This document shows positions 37,648 to 47,102 of a stretch of DNA of 64,000 nucleotides, one piece after another. Origin of the DNA: Octopus sinensis. Its lineage: Eukaryota. The notes under the pieces were generated by a model, which ran no database searches, had not been told where the DNA came from, and saw only the letters and a program-made list of their open reading frames with translations. The position numbers and the translations under genes are program-made. Each line of letters begins with the position of its first letter. Position 1 is the first letter of the stretch. The DNA is taken from positions 17,856,001 through 17,920,000 of the forward strand of contig NC_043020.1 of NCBI RefSeq assembly GCF_006345805.1, read 5' to 3'.

Positions 37648-39190
37648 AATGGTTTCAAATTTTTCCACAATGGCAGCAATTTTGGGGAGAGGATGAGTCA
37701 ATTAGATCAACTCCAGTGTATAACTGGTACTTATTTTATTCACCCTGAAAGGATGAAAGGTAAACTCAACCTCAGCAGAATTTGAACTCAGAATGTAGCA
37801 ATGAGCGAAATACTGCTAGGCATTGCATCCAACATGCTGACTCTGCCAGCTCACTTTAATAATAATCCTTTCTGTTATAGGCACATAGCTTGAAACTGTT
37901 GGGGATGGGTTAAGTTGATTTCATTGACCCCAGTGTTTCACTGATACTCAATTTATTGACCCCGAAAGGATGAAAGGCAAAGTCGACCTCTATGGAATTT
38001 GAACTCAGATCATAACAGCAGACGAAATACCTATTTCTTTACTACCCACAAGAGGCTAAATACAGAAAGGACAAACAAGGACAGACAAACGGATTAAGTC
38101 GATTATATCGACCCCAGTGCATAACTGGTACTTATTTAATCGACCCCGAAAGGATGAAAGGCAAAGTTGACCTTGGCGGAATTTGAACTCAATATGTTGC
38201 GGCAGACGAAACACTGCTAAGCATTTCGCCTGGCATGCTAACGTTTCTGCCAGCTCACCGCCTTCTTAATAATAATAATAATAATCCTTTCTACGATAGG
38301 CACATGGTCTGAAATTGTGGGGGAGGGGTTAAATCGATTTCATCAACCCCAGTACTCAACTGGTACTTAATTTATCTACCTCGAAAGGATGAAAGGTAAA
38401 GTTGACCTTGGTGGAATTTGAACACAGAACGTAGCGGCAGACAAAATACCACTGAGCATTTCGCCTGGCATGCTAATGATTTTGCCAGCTCTATCTATCT
38501 ATCTGCTCAGTCGAAGTTGACTCTCGGTCACTCGCTGGATCAGTGTCCTCCAGTCAGTTCTATCCTGGGCCACTTCTTTCAGATTGGCTATGTCCATTCC
38601 GGTATCACTCTTGATGGTGTCAAGCCAGCGGGTTCATGGTCGGCCTCTTCTTCTCTTGCCACTGACCATTCTGAGCATGATGTCCTTCTCCAGGGATTTT
38701 CTCCGCATAATATGACCAAAATATGCCAATCTATGCTTGCCAGCTCAGCGCCTTCTTAATAATAATAATAATAATAATGATAATAATAATAATAATAATA
38801 ATGATAGTAGTAGTAATAGTAGTAATAATAACAATCATCCTTTCTACTATAGGCAGGGGCCTGAAATTTTTTAGGAGAAGGAGCTAGTGCTTAACTGATT
38901 GTTAATTTCATTGATCTTGAAAGAACGAAAGGCAAAGTTGACCTTGGTAGAACTTGAACACAGAAATGCCACTAAGCAGTGTGTTAACAATTCTGCCAGC
39001 TCACCGCTTTAATAATAATCCCTTTTACTATAGGCACAAGACCAGCAATTTGTGGGGAGGGGAGGGGGCTAATTGATTACATTGACCCCACTGCTTAACT
39101 GATATTTATTTCATCACTCCCTCCCCCCTCCTAAAAAAATGAAAAGGCAGAGTTGACCTCAGCAGAATTTGAACTCAGAATGTAAAGCGA
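37640..39190 (-). mobile_element. Cluster of ~6 SINE family B copies, all minus strand (another minus cluster at 32000-32620)
   Basis: Repeated reverse complement of GAGCTGGCAGAATCGTTAGCAC...TTCTGAGTTCAAATTCCGCCGAGGTCGACTTTGCCTTTCATCCTTTCGGGG, separated by (AAT)n. Confidence 0.9.
38490..38735 (-). mobile_element. RTE-BovB-like LINE 3' end inserted into a SINE B copy
   Basis: YFGHIMRRKSLEKDIML...RRRGRP..RWLDTI...DRTDWR on the minus strand, (ATAG)n tail, and an apparent TSD TTGCCAGCTC. Confidence 0.85.
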
Positions 39191-40611
39191 CACAAATCCT
39201 GAATTGAATCACCCTGTCCATAGAGCAGGCATCCCTCTCTCAGCCCTTGTGCTCCTACCAACAGATACATACTCAAAGCAGACCTGTTTACATGTATTGG
39301 TCTCCTTTGTTGAACTGCTAAGTTACATGGATATAAACACATCAACACTGGTTGTCAAACAGTGGTGGAGGATAAACAACTCACACACACACACACAGAT
39401 ATATATATATATGTACACACACACACACACACATACACACACACCATGGGCTTCTTTCAGTTTCTGTCTACCAAATCCACTCACAAGGCTTTGGTTGGCC
39501 TGAGGCTATAGTAGAAGGTGGTGAGCTGGCAGAAACGTTAGCACACCGGGCGAAATGTGTAGACGTATTTCGTCTGCCGTTACGTTCTGAGTTCAAATTC
39601 CGTCGAGGTCGACTTTGCCTTTCATCCTTTCGGGGTCGATAAATTAAGTACCAGTTATGCACTGGGGTCGATGAAATCGACTTAATCCATTTGTCTGTCC
39701 TTGTTTGTCCCCTCTGTGTTTAGCCCCTTGTGGGTAGTAAAGAAATATATAGTAGACATTTTGCTCAAGGTCCTATGCAGTGGGACTGAACCTGAAATCA
39801 TGTGGTTGGAAAGAAAGCTTCTTACCACACAGCCAAACCTATGAAATTTCTGGAAAAATATTACAGGATGAACATAGTTTAAATGGCTTCTTACCATAGG
39901 ACTGTTCCATCGCAGTTGACTTGGGGAGATAAACAGCAAAATTATAGAAGCAACAATTGGTCCTTGGGGGCCTTTACTAAATTTTACATTGTTGGAAACA
40001 TTCAGACCAAATCTTTGATTCTTTCTTCCCCACCAACATTATTCAAGCAGCTGTTAAGGTTAGGCATCTGCCATATCAATCCTGCCAGTCAGGAAGTGTG
40101 GCTTGCAAATGTCAAGGGTACTGCCTCTCTTCTATGATATATATATATACATACATACATAGATATAGATAATGGTGCAAATAAACAAACAAATAAAACT
40201 GCGAAATATACATACATGTATTCATGTAAATAGAGAGAAAGCAAAGACTGAAAATACTCAGACGATGAATATTCGTGTATAAATATATAGATATTTATGT
40301 AGTAACAGAGCAAACTCATAGCCACTCTTTACCTTGCGGATTTAGTTTTCAGTAAAGATATCAGCGTGTAAGTTCAAATCATTTGAGCACTACTATGTGT
40401 TTTCTATACTGAGCATCTCTGGGTCCCATCTGTTGACCCTCTCTCCCTTTATATATATATATATAAATTAGAAAAAAAACACCTTTTATCAATTCAATAA
40501 TGAAAAATTAAATTATGCCATCTAGAAAATTACATATTATAGAAAGATTAAATATAAGATAAAACATATAACAATGATTAAGTAATATGCAAAATAATAT
40601 ATATAATAATA

Positions 40612-40615
<4 letters not shown>

Positions 40616-40686
<71 letters not shown>
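40616..40686. repeat. Long perfect (TA)n microsatellite
   Basis: About 70 bp of uninterrupted TA. Confidence 0.95.
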
Positions 40687-40690
<4 letters not shown>

Positions 40691-41956
40691 GCACACACAC
40701 ACAACACATATAGGTTTGGTGATTCAAGGCTGTAGTAGAAGACACTTGCCCAAGGTGCCATGCAGTGGGACTGAACCTGGAACCATGTGGTTGTTAAGCA
40801 AGCTTACTTACCACACCACCACTCCTATATTGTATTAATATTTGGCAGAAACTAAGGCAGTGAGCTGGTAGAATTGTTAATGCACCAGACAAAATGCTTA
40901 GTGGTATTTTGTCAGTCTTTACATTCTGAGTTTAAATGCTATCAAGGTTGACTTTGTTTTTCATCCTTTTGGGGGTAGATAAAATAAGTACTGCTTAGAC
41001 ATTGGTGTTGATGTAATCAACTTACCCACTGCCCTGAAACTACTGATTCACACACTTATTGCAGTGGTCCTTCAGTTTTTCTAAGCCCTACAAAAGGACT
41101 CGGAAGGTTGGGCCTCCAACTAGGCCTTTCACGTGGCCCTTAAAGCCAGGAACTTTTCAGTACCCTCTCACACACACACACACACACACACACAACTTGC
41201 ACAACACGAAGAACACAATTTGAGCTGGCAGAAACGTTAGCACACGGTGAAATGCGTAGCCGTATTTCGTCTGTCATTACATTCTGAGTTCAAATTCTGC
41301 TGAGGTCGACTTTGCCTTTCATCCTTTCGGGGTCGATAAATTAAGTACCAGTTACGCACTGGCGTCAATATAATCGACTTAATACCTATGTCTGTCCATG
41401 TTTGTCCCCTATATGTTTAGCCCCTTGTGGGTACTAAAGAAATAGGTATCAATTTTAAAGATGTAAATATTTTTTTAGTCTTGTACATCTAACATCATTT
41501 GTCCACTACAGCATACCTATTCAGTAGCTGATGGATATTGGTTTCAAATTTTGGCATGAAGTTAGCAAAGTCGACCTCGGCAGAATTTGAACTCAGAAAA
41601 TAAGGACAAATGAAATGCAGCTAAGCCTTTTATCTGGCATGCTAACAATTCTGCCAGCTTGCCTTCTTCAGTAGCTGATAGGTATTGAACTCAGAATGTA
41701 AATGAATTGAAAGAAACAACACTAGCATTTTGTCTGCTCTAACAATTCTGCCTGCTAGTCACCTTAATCCTTCAGTGTTTAAACCAGCCATATCGGGTCC
41801 CAAATATTGTACCTGTTTTATGTTCAAACTGGCCAGATTTGGCCTCTCACACCTGTCATACAATGTTATTCTAAAAGTAAACAATCACATCATCAAAATT
41901 TTTGAATCTAGGAGATAATGAATAATTAATTGAAACTAATGTGAATAAATAGTGTT

Positions 41957-42256
41957 GAGGCACATGGCCTAGTGGTTAGAGCAGCGGTCTCGCGGTCAAG
42001 GGATCGTGGGTTCGAATCTCAGACCCGGGTTATGTGTGCGTTTATGAGCGAAATACCTAAGCTTAACGCGGCTCTGGCAGAAGGTAATGGCAAACTTCTG
42101 CTGGCTCTTTCGCCACAACTTTCTCTCACTCTTTCCTTCCGCATCTTGCAGCTCACCTGCAATGGACCGGCGTCCCATCCAGGTGGGGAACCTATACGCT
42201 ATGGAAACCAGGAAACCAGCCCTTATGAGCCAGGCATGGCTCAAGAAGGAAGAAAC
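41957..42256 (+). mobile_element. tRNA-derived SINE, head D plus tail X, inserted into a piggyBac MITE with 14-bp TSD
   Basis: TGGCCTAGTGG A box and GGTTCGAATC B box. AATGTGAATAAATA occurs at 41938-41951 and 42257-42270. Confidence 0.88.
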
Positions 42257-42741
42257 AATGTGAATAAATAAGCATTCAATTTGGCAGAATAATCTGAATG
42301 CTAAAGGGTTAAAAAATAATCCTTTCTACTATAGGCACAAGGCCTGAGATGTTGGTGGAGGAGGCTTGTCAATTATATTGACCCCCAACTCTGAAAGGAT
42401 AAAAGGCTAAGTTAACCTTCATGGAATCTGAACTCAAGACATATGTACCTTTAGTTGTGAGGTACCCTTATAATAAAATTAGAGTTATGAGGGACCGTTA
42501 TATTAGTTACTTCTACTGACATTAGGTACCTGTATTTTAGTTGAGTTTGCTTCATTAAACTCCTTTTCTGGTATTTCAAAAACAACTGAAGATTTTTGCT
42601 CATGTGGTCCTTACAGATAACTTTCCTAGTGCTGGTGGTACAATAACATATACATGGTCCATTTTGTAAATTGTTTGGTGATGGAGGGCATGCTATAGTG
42701 ATAAAAGGGAAAAAGGACAAAAAGACACATAACGATAAACA

Positions 42742-43044
42742 TTGCCCTTTTCAAGCCTAGCCAGGCTCATGGGCCTGGTTTCCCGGTTTCTGTGGCGTAT
42801 GTGTTCCCCCCAGCTGGACGGGATGCCAGTCCATCACAGCGTTACTCAAGAAACAGGAAGAGAGAGTGAGAGAAAGTTGTGGCGAAAGAGTACAACAGGG
42901 GTCGCCACCACCCCCTGCCGGAGCCTCGTGGAGCTTTTAGGTGTTTTCGCTCAAATAAACACACACAACGCCTGTTCTGGGAATCGAAACAGCGATCCTC
43001 TGACCACAAGTCCGCTGCCCTAACCACTGGACCATTGCGCCTCC
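42742..43044 (-). mobile_element. tRNA-derived SINE, head D plus tail X
   Basis: Minus strand GGAGGCGCAATGGTCCAGTGGTTAGGGCAGCGGAC...TTCGATTCCC head; GATGGACTGGCATCCCGTCCAGC tail. Confidence 0.88.
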
Positions 43045-43287
43045 ACAAAAAGACACATTGTACACAAAAAATAAGGATTGGCTGTTTCCTCTGATATCAA
43101 AGACCCACAAGGGATGGTGATATGCTGTCATCTAACCCATGCAATCATGGAAAAAATGACATGGATTGATGCTACTGTGGATAAAGACATGCTTGTAAAC
43201 ACATGAACACCTATACACACTCATACACACATTGGCTTACACTTGTTTTGCAAAACAAGCTTATTGTCTATTATTATTATTATTATT

Positions 43288-43586
43288 CAGTAGTTTTATT
43301 TTTATAGCGTGCTTTCACTTCACTACCGAGCGCAGCTCTGTGTGCCTTGGGTATGTGTTGTGATTTGTTGTGGTGCTCTGATGGTTACTGTATGGAAAGT
43401 GTTCTGCGTAGGATGTGTGCAGTGCCTAGTAGTGCAATTTTCTGTATGTTATATGTGTTTGTAAGTCCTGGTGTTTTTGTTATGGATTTGTCTGAATATT
43501 TTTTTATCATACCTATTGCACCTACTATGATAGGGATTGTTTCTGTTCTTAGATTCCACATTCGAGTTACCTCTACTTCCAGGTCT
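43288..43586 (-). mobile_element. R4/Dong/NeSL-type (restriction-like endonuclease) LINE 3' end within (TAA)n
   Basis: Minus strand TIPIIVGAIGMIKKYSDKSITKTPGLTNTYNIQKIALLGTAHILRRTLSIQ, then a 3' UTR. (TTA)n lies on both flanks. Confidence 0.8.
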
Positions 43587-43619
43587 TATTATTATTATTA
43601 TTAGTAGTAGTAGTAGTTT

Positions 43620-43930
43620 TGTATAAATTTGATGATATCCTCCTGTCATCTTATTCATTCCTCCAGGGCGTGATGTTAATAACCAGCAAACATATTTCTC
43701 CTCATGCATTTTAAGAAGTGAAAGTGAAGCAGATTCAGAATATTTTCTGAGAATATACACTATCAAGTCTTTTTCAAAATTGCAGACCTTTGAAACGAAA
43801 TGTTCGGCAAGTTCTGTCGAATTACTGTTATTGTGCCCATTAAACCTTTTGTTTAATTGTTCTGTTGTGCAACCAACATAGATTGAGTTGTGTTTTGTAC
43901 ATTCTGTAGCGTACACCAAATGGGAATCTT
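43620..43930 (-). mobile_element. Penelope-like element GIY-YIG endonuclease fragment
   Basis: LVYATECTKHNSIYVGCTTEQLNKRFNGH...LAEHF...EEKYVCWL...PGGMN within ORF 43449-44003. Confidence 0.8.
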
Positions 43931-44175
43931 TACATGTTCCACCTTCTGGGCTCTCTACCCCACTTTTGACCAGGCTCCCGTTGGCTTTTATGGGTTTTCC
44001 CACCTGGAACCTTTCGCGACGCTTCCCCCTATTGGGAGTTTTTCGTTGTTATATTATTTGATTGTTACACTGTTTTTACACGATTTTTTCACAAACGGAC
44101 AAAACCCTTTGTAACTTTTCGTCCTGTTTTGTCCCTTTATGTTTTCCAATCATGTTTGTCAGCCCTTGTGGCCAA
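43930..44175 (+). mobile_element. LINE 3' UTR (Tx1/L1-like family)
   Basis: Ends GTCAGCCCTTGTGGCCAATAAAAAGAA, like the LINE end at 45240-45312. Confidence 0.5.
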
Positions 44176-44187
44176 TAAAAAGAATTA

Positions 44188-44228
<41 letters not shown>

Positions 44229-44830
44229 CATTATTAAGCAGAATTATCTTTAGCACACTGGAAAAAATGCTTAATGGCATTTCTTCTCACTTTATGTTCT
44301 GAGTTCAAATTCCACCGTGGTTGACTTTGCCTTTCATCTTTTCAGGGTCGATAAAATAAGTACCAGTTGTGCGCTGTGGTCGATGTAATTGACATAATTA
44401 CTTTCCCCAAGTTTCAGGCTTTGTGCCTGTCACTACTCTCTTTTACTCTTTTACTTGTTTCAGTCATTTGACTGCGGCCATGCTGGAGCACCACCTTTAG
44501 TCAAGCAAATCGACCCCAACACTTATTCTTTGTAAGCCTAGTACTTATTCTACCGGTCGCTTTTGCCGAACCGCTAAGTTACAGGGACGTAAACACACCA
44601 ACATTGGTTGCCAAGCGATGTTGGGGAGACAAACACAGTCAAACAAACACATACATATATATATGACGGGCTTCTTTCAGTTTCCGTCTACCAAATCCAC
44701 TCACAAGGCTTTGGTTGGCCCAAGGCTATAGTAGAAGACACTTGCCCAATGTGCCACGCAGTGGGACTGAACCCAGAACCATGTGGTTGGTAAGCAAGCT
44801 ACTTACCACACAGCCACTCCTGTGCCTAGG

Positions 44831-44871
<41 letters not shown>

Positions 44872-44873
<2 letters not shown>

Positions 44874-45312
44874 GCCCTCATCAATTTCTTCAAATATTTG
44901 AAAAGGAAGGTGAGGGTAGAGAGGGAGGTGCTGCCTTCTGGTGTGTTTATCAAAAGGTTGGCGAGAGTGGCAAGGCTGGTGAGACTGAATAGATCTACTC
45001 TGAATATGCTTTTCTAAGCAGGAGAAAAGAAACTGGAAGAAGGTACTTTCCCATGCCTTGGAGATGGCAGTGTAATCCAAGATTTTTGTGGGGGATTTAC
45101 CCCCAGATTACCCTAACTGGACTGCCCCACTGTTGGGGATTCTATTTATTTATTTATTTCTCTACTTTCTATTATATATCTTCTGTTATATCCTCTAATG
45201 TGGTAGTGTCTCCCCCTTGATTCATGTTAACCCCCACATGTTCTTGTTGTAATTTTTTTGTTGTGTTGTAATTCGTCCTCCATGTTTTGGGTCCTTGTGG
45301 CCAATAAGCAAA
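44872..45312 (+). mobile_element. Tx1/L1-like LINE ORF2 C-terminus plus 3' UTR
   Basis: ALINFFKYLKRKVRVEREVL...LARVARLVRLN...* followed by a UTR ending CCTTGTGGCCAATAAGC. Clade assignment is by recall. Confidence 0.6.
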
Positions 45313-45340
45313 ATCATTATTATTATTATTATCATCATCA

Positions 45341-45371
<31 letters not shown>

Positions 45372-45774
45372 TTTTTAAGGCAGCAAGCTGGCAGAAACGT
45401 TAGCACGCCGAGCGAAATGCGTAGCCATATTTCGTCTGTCGTTACGTTCTGAGTTCAAATTCCGCCGAGGTCGACTTTGCCTTTCATCCTTTCGGAGTCG
45501 ATAAATTAAGTACCAGTTACGCACTGGGGTCGATGTAATCGATTTAATCCGTCTGTCTGTCCTTGTTTGTCCCCTCTATGTTTAGCCCCTTGTGGGTAAT
45601 AAAGAAATAGGTATTTTGTCTGTCACTATGTTCTGAGTACAAATTCTGCTGAGGTCAACTTTGCCTTTCATCCTTTTGAGGTTAATAAATTAAGTACCAG
45701 TGAAACACTAGGGTCGATGTAATCAGCTTGTCACCTTCCCACAAATTTCAGGCCTTGTGCCTTTAGTAGAAAAG

Positions 45775-45806
<32 letters not shown>

Positions 45807-46329
45807 GGTGAGCTGGCCAAATTATTAGCTGACCAGGCAAAATGCTTAGTGACATTTTGTCCATCTTTACATTCTGAGTTCAAATTCCACTGAGATCAAC
45901 TTTGCCTTCCCTCCTCTCAGGGTTGATAAAATAAGTACCAGTTGAACACTAGGGTTGGTGTAATCGACCTACCCTTCCCCTGAAATTGCTGGCCTTGTAC
46001 CAAAATCTGAAACCATTATTATCATTATTGTTTATTACTAAAGCAGTGAGCTGGCAGAATTGTTAGCATGCCAGACAAAGCTTAGCAACATTTCATCTGC
46101 CTTTGCATTCTGAGTTCAAATTCCACCAAGATCAACATCTAAGGCCTTGAGCCTATAATAGAAAGAGTTATTAATATTAAAGTGATGAGCTGGCAGTCAT
46201 TAGCACATAAAATTGCTTAATAGCATTTCTTTGTCTCTTTATATTCTGAGTTCAAATTCTGCTGAGGTCAACATTACCTTTCATCCTTTTGGGGTCAACA
46301 AATTAAGTACCAGTGAAACACTGGGATTG

Positions 46330-46613
46330 ATACAGTTCTATATTTAAGAGATGAGGAATTATGTAGATTATTTACATTCCTTACATTTGATGGATATTTG
46401 TCATCTTGTTTGTTGTTAACACGTTTCGGCTGATATACCCTCCAGCCTTCTTCAGGTGTCTTGGAGAAATTTCGAACCTGGGTTCTCATTCCTAAGGTAT
46501 TTTTCGATGTTGTTATTATTATTATTGTTCAGGTCACTGCTTGAAATTGAACTCAGAATCTTGGGGTTAGTAGCCTGTGCTCTTAACCACTATGCCATAT
46601 GTCCGTGGGCATT
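46330..46613 (-). mobile_element. tRNA-headed SINE whose body contains a hammerhead-ribozyme motif
   Basis: A box TGGCATAGTGG (46587-46597) and B-box-like GAGTTCAATTTC (46543-46554), then (AAT)n, then CTGAAGA-A-GGCTG-loop-CAGCC-GAAAC (46418-46460). Confidence 0.75.
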
Positions 46614-46652
46614 CCAAGCAGTGACCTGAACAATAACAATAATAATAATAAT

Positions 46653-47102
46653 AACATCGAAAAATACCTTAGGAATGAGAACCTAGGTTTGAAATTTCCC
46701 CAAGACACCTGAAGAAGGCTGGAGGGTATATCAACCGAAACGTTGTGTTAACAACAAACAAGATGAGGACAAATATCCGTCGAATGTAAATAATGTACTG
46801 GGAACATCGAAAAATACCTTAGGAATGAGAACCCAGGTTCGAAATTTCTCCAAGACACCTGAAGAAGGCTGGAGGGTATATCAACCGTAACGTTGTGTTA
46901 ACAACAAACAAGATGAGGACAAATATCCGTCGAATGTAAATAATGTACTGGGAACATCGAAAAATACCTTAGGAATGAGAACCCAGGTTCGAAATTTCTC
47001 CAAGACACCTGAAGAAGGCTGGAGGGTATATCAACCGTAACGTTGTGTTAACAACAAACAAGATGAGGACAAATATCCGTCGAATGTAAATAATGTACTG
47101 GG
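46653..47102 (+). ncRNA. Three tandem 150-nt units, each with a minimal type I hammerhead ribozyme motif (Penelope/retrozyme-like)
   Basis: Units start at 46653, 46803 and 46953. Unit 1 motif 46704-46749: stem I GACAC/GTGTT, core CTGAAGA, stem II GGCTG/CAACC, GAAA, palindromic ACGT stem III, GTT cleavage triplet. Units 2-3 have GTAA for GAAA. Confidence 0.72.

Noticed and set aside
41957-42030. tRNA-like sequences (also 55694, 53803, 46540-46613)
   Set aside because: They have A/B boxes but no paired acceptor stem and continue into SINE bodies, so they are SINE heads rather than tRNA genes.
43449-44003. 184-aa ORF as one intact protein
   Set aside because: It is a chance fusion of an antisense LINE UTR, a Penelope GIY-YIG fragment, an (AAT)n tract and an out-of-frame R4-type LINE end.
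46653-47102. Regular repeats as a CRISPR array
   Set aside because: Whole 150-nt units repeat with no unique spacers, the context is eukaryotic, and there are no cas genes.
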